A DNA stretch of 64,000 nucleotides from Octopus sinensis (lineage: Eukaryota), in contig NC_042997.1 of assembly GCF_006345805.1 (NCBI RefSeq), positions 26,412,001 to 26,476,000 on the forward strand, given 5' to 3'. Below are positions 13,925 to 29,544 of this stretch, one piece after another. Each line of letters opens with the position of its first letter. Within the stretch, counting starts at the first letter, position 1. The notes beneath the pieces were generated by a model, which was not told the origin of the DNA, searched no databases, and worked only from the letters and a program-made list of their open reading frames with translations. The translations under genes were made by a program, and so were the position numbers.

Positions 13925-14108
13925 CCAGTGGCACCTCATTTTATTCAAAGGAGAACTGGAAGAGGTATTTATATGATTGCTTTATACTTTGGATAGATAG
14001 CATAGACAAACTCCTCGATTTCAAAATAATGCTCAACAATATCAATAGCAACCCACACTTTACCATGGAACACAGCAACAAACAACTCCCTTTTCTTGAC
14101 ATCCTAAT
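13925..14108 (+). mobile_element. Duplicated Penelope-like RT fragment
   Basis: Diverged copy of ~14725-14905 (ggcacctcatt...acaactcccttttcttgacatcctaat). Confidence 0.8.
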
Positions 14109-14111
14109 ATA

Positions 14112-14300
14112 TATTGGGAGAATTCACGAAAAAGACAAAAGACGAAGACAGGTGATGTAGAAAACAAACAGATGTATTAGTATAACGCTCGGGAATTGAA
14201 AACGTCTTTAACGTTTCGACCCTATGCTCTTCCACAGAAAGGAACACAGAAAGAAACAAGGAGCGAAACAAGGAGTGAAAAAATTTGTCTAGTGGCTAAT
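14112..14300 (-). mobile_element. Inverted pLTR-like segment with hammerhead-like motif (14205-14240)
   Basis: Reverse complement matches 28015-28195; motif CTTT CTGTGGA A GAGC ATAG GGTC GAA ACGT T AAAG. Confidence 0.7.
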
Positions 14301-15790
14301 ATGTTTGTGAAACTGACCGTTTGAGCAATTTCCTCGACATCTTACTCAAACCGTTTCTAAAATATGCGAAAAGCTTCATCAGACTTAGATATGCTTAACC
14401 ACCTCCCGAACACAATAAATGAAGGAACCCTATTAGTATCATTTGATGTGGTGAACCTGTACACCAATATCCCACATGATTATGGCATAGAAGCAATCAC
14501 CTTCTGGCTAGAAAATACATAGAAGAGATCCCACGACGCATCAACCACAGATTCATAATCACAGCACTGGAATTCATCCTACTGAACAACTATTTCATGT
14601 TCGATACAGTCTACCATCGACAAAAATGTGGATTTGCAATGGGAACTCGATCTGCCCCAGTGATCGCGAACCTTGTAATGGGTTACCTAGAACTTAAAAT
14701 ACATCAATCATCACTACAAAAATATGGCACCTCATTTCATTGCTATTTAAAGAACTGGAATACGTGTTTAGATGATTGCTTTATACTTTGGAAAGATAGC
14801 ATTGACAAACTCCTCGATTTCAAAATAATGCTTAACGATATCAATAACAATATACAAGTTACCATGGAACACAGCAACAAACAACTCCCTTTTCTTGACA
14901 TCCTAATTAAAATAGTCAATAACCATATCGAAACAGGCATCTTTTATAAAACCACAGATTCAAAGCAATACCTATTATTCAAGTCATGCCACCCCAAACA
15001 CATATAAAATAATATACCTTATAATCTAGTGAAAATAATCTGTACCATAGTTTCAGACATCAATACTCGTAAACGAAGACTCTTTTAACTCGGATCAATA
15101 CTAATCAAGAGACATTACCCAAGATCATGAATAAATGATGGGATTAAACGAGCAAAGGATATAGACATACGAACATTAAGGGAAGTCAACTGAAATACTA
15201 CACTACACTTAAAAATACTCCCATACATCTTCACGTGAAGCCTTCAACATTATCATCTAAAATCTACCCATTCTCAGAGGAAATAAGACAATGCACAACA
15301 TTTTTGGCTCACACAAAATTATCAAGAGCAAAATGCAATTGAAATCTTTGAAAAAAATATTAACCAGCGCAAGACTTTATCCATTAACAACGGGACCAAA
15401 AAAAAAATGCTTTCGGCCTAACTGTCGCACATGATCCACGTTTTGGAGGGTACAGAGTTCCACTTTAAACAAGGTGAAATATTTAAGATTAAATCAAATT
15501 TCACCTGTGCCTCGAAAAAACCTAATCTATGCCATTACCTGTTTAGTGTGCGGTAATCAATATATTGGCCAAACAGGAATATCACTCCGTCGAAGAACCA
15601 CTCTTCACAAAAAACAAATCCGCCACTCACAGTACAGACAGATACAGATCAGTAAACACATAGATAGATGTGCTAGGAATATTAATCCTAATTTCCTAAT
15701 TTTCCCCTTCTATCTGTGTTCAAAGAACATCTCAGTACAGCAGAAAATGAATAAATAAGCAACTTTCATCAATAAATATCATCCACAACT
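14300..15790 (+). mobile_element. Penelope-like retroelement, decayed RT + GIY-YIG endonuclease
   Basis: ORF 14597-15007 has GFAMGTRSAPVIANLVMGYLE, LDDCFILW, LPFLDILI, YKTTDSKQYLLFKSCHPKH; ORF 15474-15758 has NLIYAITCLVCGNQYIGQTG and HIDRC. Multiple stops and frameshifts. Confidence 0.92.
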
Positions 15791-16204
15791 TAGCATGAAC
15801 ACAACATAATACAGAACACTGCTAACCTTACCAATAATACCACCAACACCCATACATTCCTTACACCATTCATATTACAGTATTATATCGACCCTAATTG
15901 CATCACATCCAGAACTACTTACCTCTCTTACACAATCTTTTTACTCAGGGATTAGTAAACCCGATACCTTTCATAATCGGTGCACATTCAAAGCCAGTGA
16001 ACAGCAATAACGGTACCTGTTTGGCTTTAAATCTCTTTAACAATTCAAAATAATGAATTTAATTCCTCTTAATTCTACTCTAGTTTATCTAATTGCATTT
16101 ATTTATCGGAACTTTTCATAAAGAAAGCCTTAATTTTTGTATATTCAATTTACATTTTCGCCTTTATTTCTTGTTACTTCCCCCATATCTTTTCCACGTG
16201 TAGT

Positions 16205-16335
16205 TTCTATTTCAGTTTCCGTCTACCAAGGCTTTGGTCGGTCCGAGGCTATAGTCGAAGACAGTTTCCCAAGGTGCCACGCAGTGGGACTGAACCCCGA
16301 AATGTGTGGTTAGGAAGCAACTTTCTTAACACATA
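16205..16335 (-). mobile_element. SINE family B head fragment
   Basis: cccaaggtgccacgcagtgggactgaacc is the reverse complement of the SINE-B core. Confidence 0.75.
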
Positions 16336-16487
16336 TATGTATACATGCACACACATGTATACATATGTATGAGCATGTATAATTATATATATATATGGAT
16401 GCTCGCATGTGTGTGCATGCATGCATTGTGTATACGAATATATATTACTGAAATTATATTCTTACATTCAACACCGCCTCTCTCTCC

Positions 16488-16528
<41 letters not shown>

Positions 16529-17011
16529 GATAGATAGATATGTATGTGCGTGTGTGTGTATGTGTGTGTATACATATATATGTGTGTGTGTATATGTGTG
16601 TGTGTCTTTGTGTTTGTGTATGTGCGTGTGTGTACATGTATGAGTATGTATGTATCTATGTATGTATGTATATAACGTAGTTCGTTACGTAGATATATCA
16701 TCTCATTAATGAGTTATGATTGTGAAATAAACGTAGTTACAGTATATACGCATGAACGAGCGCAAAGGAAACCCATATTGAATGAGATTAATCAACAGAA
16801 AACAGTATAGAATCGATTAAAAACGAAAGACAAAATCACAGAAAGAAAAAGAAAAAAAGAAATACTCAGAGTAATGACGATGATGATTATGTCGATGGTA
16901 ATGATAATAATATTAATTTTTATTATTATTATCATTATGTCACTGCAATAGCCATAACAAATATTCATAACGTGTACAATAAAAATAACCATAATAAATA
17001 TATAACAATAG

Positions 17012-17047
<36 letters not shown>

Positions 17048-18014
17048 ATGTGTGTAGTGGTAGTAGTAGTAGTAGTAGTAGGCAACAACAAACGACATAC
17101 TGTATTCTCTTGAGTTTAATTTGTGGTAGGTTTTTGTTTTATTTTGATATTTATCCCATTTGTGTATTGATCGTTTTAATGGCGTGCTTTCTTTCTATTG
17201 TGTCATTTTGTCTATCCAACCACTCACACGCTCTCATATTAAAACACACACACACATACACGCACACACACATACACACATACACGCACACACACATACA
17301 CACACATCCTTATGCATGTACGCATGCTCCCCCTCTCTCTCTATATATATATATGTGTGTGTGTGTGTGTATGTATATTTATATTTATATATAGATACAT
17401 GCACACATACATTCATTTGTGTGTGTAAACAATATGTATATGTAAGTGGACGGAAATGCAGATAAACGCAAGTATACCGGTATTCTGTTAACCAAAAATG
17501 TAACTGCGTTTTTGTAAAATAACGTTCTCAATCTTATTCATTTAATGATAGATTCCATTAATGTCTTCGTCTTCCGAGAAAACCCACACAAATTGGAGAG
17601 TTTAAGCAGTGCTCAATCCCTCAGCCTACTAGAAATAACAGTGAAATCTTCTTTAAATCTCATCTTGCCAGCTTATGAAAAGAATGCAGGAAGATTGGAT
17701 AGTCAAAGTCGAAATGTTTTTGATGGTAGGTTTTTGTTCGATTGGAAAGAAAAAGGGGCTAAATAGCACCAAAATCAACAGGGACCATGAAGTACCAGGT
17801 CATTCACCAACGGCAAATATATATATAAAGAACCTACTTTTCTAGATCTGATCTGGTACTATGCTTCGAAAACGGTCATGTAACAAGCATTATCAATCAT
17901 ATTATGAATCAATCTCTCTCTCACTCTCTCTCTCTCTCTTCACTCTATCCTCTCTATTTCCTCCCTGTCTCTCTCTCTATCTATCTGTCTATCTACCATC
18001 TCATATCGTATATA

Positions 18015-18224
18015 CTCTCTTTACTCTCTTACTTGTTTCAGTCATTTGACTGCGGCCATGATGGAGCACCGCCTTTAGTCGAGCTAATCGACCCCGGGAC
18101 TTATTCTTTGTAAGCCCAGTACTTATTCTATCGGTCTCTTTTGCCGAACCGCTAAGTGACGGGGACGTAAAAACACCAGCATCGGTTGTCAAGCAATGCT
18201 AGGGGGACAAACACAGACACACAA

Positions 18225-18291
<67 letters not shown>

Positions 18292-18440
18292 ATACATATA
18301 TACGACGGGCTTCTTTCAGTTTCCGTCTACCAAATCCACTCACAAGGCTTTGGTCGGCCCGAGGCTATAGTAGAAGACACTTGCCCAAGGTGAAACGCAG
18401 TGGGACTGAAGCCAGAACCATGTGGTTGGTAAACAAGCTA
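18015..18440 (-). mobile_element. SINE family B
   Basis: Near full-length reverse-complement copy with internal (TA)n. Confidence 0.9.
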
Positions 18441-18469
18441 TGTGTATGCATATTTAAACGTGTTACATA

Positions 18470-19860
18470 TATTAGGTCGTCAAGTATGAAATTTGTAGTA
18501 AGGTACATAGTAAACATTGACAACTGCTCATATTACGCCATTATTATATTTTGACAATCTTTATTGTTTGTTAGAAAGCTGACACATCTATTTCTTTATT
18601 GCAACTCCTTTTGCGCTGTATAAAGTATTTATAAATCGTTTTTTTGCTATTTTTGTTTAGAAATGGATAAGTCGGAAATTCGTACAGTTTTGAAATAGAG
18701 TTCTTTCTTGGAAATACAGCATCACAGACAGCTCGGAATAGTAATGGAGCATTTCATTCTAATGGTATTATACAGCATACAGTAATAAATTGGTTTGAAA
18801 AATTTCGTTCTGGTAACTTTGACCTCACAAATGAGCAACGCAGTCGACCAGAAACAAAGGTGGATAATGACGAACTGAAAACCACCGTCGAGTCAGATCC
18901 ATCTCAAAGTGCCCGTGAATTATCGTTGTTATTTGGTGTTATCTAGCAAACAATATTGACTCACCTAGTTCAATTCAGTAAAGTGATAAAGTTGGATAAG
19001 TGAGTTCCACATGAGCTTAATGAAAATCAGAAACAGCAACGTTTGGAAGCCTGCATTATGCTATTTTCTCGCCACAAAAATGAATCATTTTTTAATCTAA
19101 TTGTAATATGTGATGAGAAATGGATCGAATACAACAACCGTAAAAGCAAAATTCATGAAAAGAAGTTGGTAGTGTGTGTTTGGTGGTTTGGCGCAGGTGT
19201 GATCCATTATGATTTCATTAAACCTGACTCATTAATCACAACCGAAAGATACTGCAGCCAACTGGACCAAATGATGCAGAAACTTACAAAAACAGCCTAG
19301 ATTAGTCAACAGATCCACTCTTATTTTACTACAAGAGAACGCCAGACCACACATCGCAAAAATGCAATTGGCAACACTACAGGAGTTGGAGTTGGAAGTT
19401 CTCCATCATCCACCATACTCACCTGATCTTACCCTACCGGCTACCACTTCTTCCAGAATTTGGATAACTCTTTGATAGGAAAAAAAATTAATTCTGATGA
19501 TACTGTAAAACAGGCCTTCGAAGATTTTATTGACTCTAGATTACCAGGCTTTTACAGTTCTGGGCTGGACATGCTACCGCTGAAATGGCAAAAGTATGGG
19601 TGCATACTTTAAAAGGTGGCGAGCTGGCTGAAACCTTAGCACGCCGGGAAAAATTCTTAGCGGTATTTCGTCTGTCTTTACGTTCTGATTTCAAATTTCG
19701 CCAAGGTCGACTTTGCCTTTCATCCTTTTGGGGTCGATAAATTAAGTACCAGTTGCGTACTGGTGTCGATATAATCGACTGGCCCCCTTCCCCCAAAATT
19801 TCGGGCCTTGTGCCGGGAGTAGAAACAAATATGGCCGCATACTTTGATGAATAAAATTGT
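18470..19860 (+). mobile_element. Mariner transposon relic (transposase pseudogene ~18663-19854)
   Basis: MDKSEIRTVLK..EF, WFEKFRSGNFDL, (W)VPHEL, CDEKW, ENARPH, HPPYSPDL, terminal YFDE*; candidate 5' TIR ta|ttaggtcgtcaag; 3' TIR not found. Confidence 0.9.
19615..19830 (+). mobile_element. SINE family A monomer (alternative tail) inserted in the mariner
   Basis: Head ggtggcgagctggc; tail ccccaaaatttcgggccttgtgcc; imperfect TSD atgggtgcatacttt (19596) / atggccgcatacttt (19831). Confidence 0.88.
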
Positions 19861-20197
19861 TCCTTGTATTTATAAAACATTAGCACACTTGCTTTCTTTT
19901 CTAATATTAATATTAAATGTTTTACAAAACAAAATCGAAGTATCTTTATCAAAGTGCTGTTCCTGAGAGTTCTAGATAGTTCTAGGCTGTACTTATTTTT
20001 AGTATATTAGGATCATTGGAGAAATGTCATATCCACAGCAAAAGAAAGAAAAAAAACTTACTTTGATTCGCAATCCAAAATGTGTGCTAATAAAGTTTAA
20101 CTCCTGTGGCAACACTTGAATCTTAAAGCAGTAAGCACTGAAGGCATTGTTGCAAGCAAAGAATAAAGCTTTAGCTCCAGCATAGCCTTAGCTGAAA

Positions 20198-20574
20198 CTA
20201 GCTGTATAGCCCGGCGTTGCTCGGGTTTGTTTTTTAGTTGCACTTAACAAAGTTTTGATATAGTTTCAATCCTCTTTGAAACGTTAAAATTTTGCATTAT
20301 GTAGCTTGTTATTCTCTTTAAGTGAACATTTTTCTGGTTGAAATACACCGAAAAATGGCGATACAGCAGTCAAAGAATCGTAAAAAAATGCGAATTTTCA
20401 CAGAAAAAAAGCGCCTTTTTGATGTAAATAATTTTTGGTCTTAACATGGTCCGATTTGAATTTTGTCTTCTACGGAATGAAAAGCAAGCCTTCTTCTATC
20501 ATACTCTAAATTTTGGTCAACTTGCACCGCAGGGTCTCGGGGGAGATACTGTTAGTTGAAGTTTACCAAACCTG

Positions 20575-20613
<39 letters not shown>

Positions 20614-20635
20614 ACTTCAACTTTATATGTATAGA
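20198..20635 (-). mobile_element. Non-autonomous Helitron
   Basis: Minus strand A|TCTATACATATAAAG...(TG)n...CCCGAGCAACGCCGGGCTATACAGCTAG|T. Confidence 0.85.
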
Positions 20636-20897
20636 TGATAAAATATTTCAAATAACTGATCTCTCCCCACCCCTCACTCCCCTCTCTCTACATATATATC
20701 TAGAGAAAGATTCTGTGGCGTATATATTCCCCTCTTGACGGAACGCCTGTCTGCCGCAGGATTACTCAATTTTGCTGGTTAAGTGGATTGCAGCAACGTT
20801 AAATGAAATGTCTGACTTAAGAACAAAACATATCGCAAAGAGTTACCACACACACACACTCACACGCACGCACGCACGCGCACACACACACACACAC

Positions 20898-20929
<32 letters not shown>

Positions 20930-21231
20930 TCATACTCTTAATATCGATTTTCTCACCTACGGTCACTAGCTCGTATGACCGCAACCGTTCAGTTCCACAT
21001 CTCCTTTTTCATCCAGTGTTAATTCATAGTTGTCTTCCACACCGCCAAACGAATTACAAGCGATTGCTACCATGATGTGTATTAATCGAAGAAATAAGCC
21101 AATAAAAAAAGTTAGTATATTAAAATTAAAATTATGTCGAATAATTAAGGAACGACACATTACTGTTCACTCCTTTTCATTCTTAATTGCATACACACAT
21201 ACATAAACACAAACACTTTTAATATATATAT

Positions 21232-21280
<49 letters not shown>

Positions 21281-21535
21281 CCATACAATATTAATAAGAT
21301 AATCAAAAAAATAAGGTAAAATTAAAATCAAAATTTACTATACTGTTAACAAATGATACAATATACACAGACACACATGGGCGTATAACATATTCACATT
21401 CCCTCAGAGATATTGAGGTAGATATACCTACACCTGTTTACAGAGGGTTGTATGAATAACGTATACAATTATGTTAGCAAACCAACTAAACGTTCTGAAT
21501 TAAATATTTTCCTTGCATCCCTGTATAGATTTTGT

Positions 21536-21617
<82 letters not shown>

Positions 21618-22529
21618 ATGCAAGTATGAATATGTATATGTGTGTATGTGTGTATGCAAATATACGTCTAAATATCTGTCTGAAAAAGCAAAAAATAAAT
21701 GAATGATTAAAAATTATAAAATGTTAAAAAAATTTAAATGATAGGAATCTGAGAAGGATTTAAATCAAATTAGAGAAAAATATTTAGTCTAGAGTAGGTA
21801 TAAAAATATATATGGTTACAAAATGAATGTAAAGATAATTTATATAGACAAGGTCAAAGATTTTAAATAACCTTTATCAAATCTATTAGTGTATCATGGA
21901 AGATAATCGTATGTGAGGTAAGAAAATATATCAACGAATTCCTAGTCTTACATCATGAATAAGCACCTCTTGCCATTAAAGCCAAAGATTATCGTTATAT
22001 CGTATGATAGAGTAACTCTCAGTATTCATTCTGACTCTGCGCTCTGAGTTCAAATCTCGCTTGGCAGCATATTTACCCTAGATTCTTTCTTGATCGATAA
22101 GAAAAGAACACAAACCAGGATGGTGAACCGGTGGAATTGTAAGAGCGGTGCTTGTTGCCGATCATTGCTTTCTGGGTCAAATTCCGTCCAGGTGCCAATA
22201 AAATATGCAGCCTAACTATCATGTAGTCTTAGTATATCGAGTAAGTCAGACTCTTGATGCAAATGCCAGATGGTGTTAAGTGCAGTAAAGAGAGGGCTGC
22301 CTCTAGTTGCAGCCACATGTACCCTGTCGAATGAATAAATATTTGCATTTATCGACTCTGTAATATATTCTACTATCAACTGCCTCTCTTTATTTTTATT
22401 TACTAAAGGATTGGTAAATAAACTATTTCATGAAACAGTTGTAATACTTCGGAGTTTCGGAAAACATATCACCACATCATGGAGAAGGAAAAGGGCAGAG
22501 AACAAATTATTTACTAATCCTTTATTAAA

Positions 22530-22744
<215 letters not shown>

Positions 22745-23427
22745 AAAAATATTACAAGTAACTGCAGAATATGTGGAGATGGACAAGAAACAATAAATCA
22801 TATTATCTCTAGCTGCCCAGTCCTGGCTAAGAAGGAATATATTCACAGACATGACAGAGTTGGAACCTACATACATTGGAAGCTATGCCAACATTATGGA
22901 ATAACAACAGAAAAAAGATGGTATAGGCACACACCAGAAAAGGTCACAGAAAACGAGAAAGCAACCATACTCTGGGATATGCCGATACACACAGATAGAG
23001 AAATTAAGGCCAACAGACCAGATATAGTTGTCAGAGATCATGAAGAAAAAAAATGCTTTCTAATTGATGTATCAATACCGGCAGATGACAACGTGTCTCT
23101 AAAGAAATGGAGAAACTCTCAAAATACAAAGACCTGGAAATAGAGGTAACTAGAATGTGGAATCTGAAAACAGAAACAATTCCTATCAGAGTAGGTGCAT
23201 TAGGCATGATAAAAAATATTCAGACAAATACATAACAAAAACACCAGGACTTACAAACACATATAACATACAGAAAATTGCACTACTAGGCACTGCACAC
23301 ATCCTACGCAGAACACTTTCCATACAATAACCATCAGAGCATCACAACAAATCACAGCACATACCCAAGGCACACAGAGCTGCGCTCGGTAGTGAAGTGA
23401 AAGCACTCTATAAAAATAAAACTACTG
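22745..23427 (+). mobile_element. 5'-truncated RLE-type LINE (R4/Dong-like), copy 1
   Basis: CCHC knuckle CRICGDGQETINHIISSC and REL nuclease RPDIVVRD..IDVSIP; near-identical to 25615-26294; flanked by (TAA)n. Confidence 0.92.
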
Positions 23428-23440
23428 AATGATAATAATA

Positions 23441-23533
<93 letters not shown>

Positions 23534-23537
23534 TAGA

Positions 23538-23616
<79 letters not shown>
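23428..23616. repeat. (TAA)n array between the two LINE copies
   Basis: Direct reading. Confidence 0.95.
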
Positions 23617-26490
<2,874 letters not shown>

Positions 26491-26664
26491 TGGCTGTCGA
26501 TAATCGGCAAATACCCATATTATTTTGTTATTCTTTTAGTAGTTTCTTTTCTAATTCGTAGCTTCTTTGTTCAATTTAATTTATTTTGGCGGTGGTCTCT
26601 TACAATATGAAGCCATTTTTTCTGGGAATTATACTGCAAAATAAAGATGGAAATAATTTTCAAC

Positions 26665-26938
26665 TTGCGGTCGGGGGATCGCGGGTTCGAATTTCAGACC
26701 GGGCGGTGTGTGTGCTTATGAGCGAAACACCTAAGCTCCACGCGGTTCCGGCAGAAGGTAATGGCAAACTTCTGCTGACTCTTTCGCCACAACTTTCTCT
26801 CACTATTTCCTCCTGCATCTTGCAGCTCACCTGCGACGGACCGGCGTTCCGTCCAGGTGGGGAACCTATACGCCAAGGAAACCGGGAAACCGGCCCTATG
26901 AGCCAGGCGTGGCTCGAGAAGGAACAAGCAACAACAAC
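26665..26938 (+). mobile_element. SINE family C, tail type 2
   Basis: Body gaccgggcggtgtgtgtgcttatgagcgaaacacctaagctccac as in family C; tail gaaaccgggaaaccggccctatgagcc...aacaacaac. Confidence 0.8.
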
Positions 26939-27609
26939 CTTAATTATCTAGATGCGGCACAATATATACTTTCTACAATTGTCAACGAAAGACCCTATTT
27001 GACATAAAATTCCAAATGAAAATAATTCTTTCAGATACACGTGTAAAACTTTGAGGTTTAAGTAACTTTTAACCATCTTGAAACAAACTAACATTAGATT
27101 TATTTAATTAGATATCTTTATTAGAAGTTCTCTAATTACTATTTTTTGTTATGCTTTCAATAACTTCTTTTCATTAATTCGGAAGCTTCGCGTTCCTTAT
27201 TCTAACATTAAACACTTAACTATATAATTATTTATAAATATATCGAACTATTCATAGAGGTTTCAACTAATTTTGCAACAACCCGTTCCTTCAGCAAACT
27301 AAAATTATATGTGTTTTTATTGACATAGCGTTTTTACTTATCTTATTTCATTATACCAGAACATCTTTCACCTATTGCTACGGAAATAATATCTTCCTCA
27401 GAACAGTAATCCTAGTAAGTTAATTACATTTTCTTCTATTTTTATCCGTATAGTTTAGTATTAGTAGATGCATAATTATTATATGTTGGTTGACTCTTCT
27501 CTTTTTCCATCAACCAGATAATTTTTCTGGCTTATTAATATCAGGATAATGTAATTTTATTAATATCAACAGTTTTATTAATATCTCTAAAAATTACTCA
27601 TATAATAAC

Positions 27610-27860
27610 TGCTAGTAATCTTGACACAAGGCCAGCAACTTAAAGGGGTTTGGATGCAAGCCGATTACGGCGATTTTAGTACTCGACTGGCACGTATTTC
27701 GACTCCGAACGGACCAGAAGTCGACCTCGACGGAATTTGAACTTGAAGCATAAAGAGTAACATGAAACATCGCTGAGCACTTTTGTAGGTCCAGTAAAGG
27801 ATTCTTCAAGTTCGCCGCCTTGAAAAATTCTTTCAAATTTTGGAACAAGGCCAGCAATTA
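27610..27860 (-). mobile_element. Degenerate SINE family A (alternative tail)
   Basis: gtcgacctcgacggaatttgaac is the reverse complement of the SINE-A B-box region. Confidence 0.65.
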
Positions 27861-28014
27861 CAGGGCACACACAAAGACACAGAAACTGAATTGGTCCTTT
27901 ACTCAGAACGTGAAAAACCCGGAAGAAATGTCAATAAACATTTTTTTCCGCTGAGCTAACAATTCTCCCATTTCACAGCTTTGAAAAACAATCCTTTCTA
28001 CACATGACCAAATA

Positions 28015-28195
28015 TCGGTAGCCACTACACACATTTTGTTTTCTCTCCTTGTTTCTTTCTGTGTTCCTTTCTGTGGAAGAGCGTAGGCTCGAAACGTAAA
28101 AGACTTTTTCAGTTCCCGAGCGTTATACTAATACATCTGTTTTTTTCTACACCACCTGTCTTCGACTTTTGTTTTTTCGTGAATAGTCCCTATAT
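28015..28195 (+). mobile_element. Solo pLTR-like element with hammerhead-like motif (28067-28102)
   Basis: CTTT CTGTGGA A GAGC GTAG GCTC GAA ACGT A AAAG; homologs at 14112, 33790 and 62515. Confidence 0.7.
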
Positions 28196-28239
28196 ATATA
28201 ACGTAATGACATTTTGCCAACGTAATGTGGCAGTCCCAG

Positions 28240-29043
28240 ATTGTGTTGCTTCGTCTTTTTCTTCATAGTTGTTAGGTAGTATGACTTCTTGTTTTTATTT
28301 GTTAGCTTCCTTAAAAACTGAAAACAGTTTTGTGTTTTGTTCATTTTTTGTGGCTATTTGTATTAGTTTTTCTTGCTCCTAAAGTTGGTATTTTCGCAGT
28401 ACGACGCAGTCCTGGTTATTTTGTAATAGTTTACTAGCTGTATAAGGCCTCTACCACCTCCTATACGTTGCCTATATAACATTTCTATGTCAGATTTTGG
28501 ATGGTGCATCCCAGATCCTGTCATTATATTTCTTGATTTCCTGTCTATTTTGGCTAGTTCATTGAATGTCCATTTAAGGATAGTGTAACTGTAACATATA
28601 ATTGGGACTGCTAAAGTGTTGTTATTGTATTCTTCGCATTTAGCTCTGTTTTCAGTATTAATCTAACTCGTTCATAGTATTCTTTTTTATTTTATCTTTC
28701 ATTTGTATGTATTATATAGTATCTAGTTCATTGATTCCTAAATATTTCTATGTCTGGCTTTAGTCTAATTCTCTTATTTCATATGCTTTATCTAATGTGA
28801 TGTTACTTATCTTAACTAGCTTTCCTATTTTCAATGTTGATTCGGCACATTTTTCTAAGCCAAATTTCATATTTCTTTCTTTGGTAAATCAATGAACTGT
28901 CTGTAGTAGTGTTTCCAGGTGCTTATCATTTGTAGCGTATAATTTTTGGTCATCGATATATAAAAGCTGGCTGATTGTTTTGCAGTAACATTTATATCTG
29001 CATCCAGTTCTATTTAGCATATCAGATAGAGGTGACAGTGCCA

Positions 29044-29044
<1 letters not shown>
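28240..29044 (-). mobile_element. Older diverged copy of the R4/Dong-like LINE
   Basis: Reverse complement aligns by eye to ~24550-25360 of copy 2; its 5' truncation abuts the (ATT)n tract. Confidence 0.85.

Positions 29045-29105
<61 letters not shown>
29045..29105. repeat. (ATT)n tract
   Basis: Direct reading. Confidence 0.95.
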
Positions 29106-29106
<1 letters not shown>

Positions 29107-29544
29107 GAGAGAAGCGTGTGTGCCATCAAAGTGGCACTGATGTAAAATATACGAAGCTTAGTATAACCATCCCGTCTGATAAGAGTACACCAGGCACATG
29201 CATCACAAAAATATGTGCGCGACATGGTGATCTCATATCAAGCTCATGACCTTGCAGGAGGTGTCCAGTAACAATTTTCTCCAGGTCGAGTATACCTGGT
29301 GAAGACATACAAACCTGAGCATGAGCATGAAATGGGTTGACTATCGCATAGCATACGATATGATAACACACTCCTGGATAATAAGAACAATGGAAATATA
29401 TTGACGATGTTTTCTGGGACTAAATAACAGTAACATTCGTCCGAACCGGGTCTGCCACATTATGTTGGAAAATGGTCCTTTCTTTAAAGTACTGTTACTG
29501 AATGTCTCTTGTTGAGAGATATATAAATAATAACATTTCTGTTT

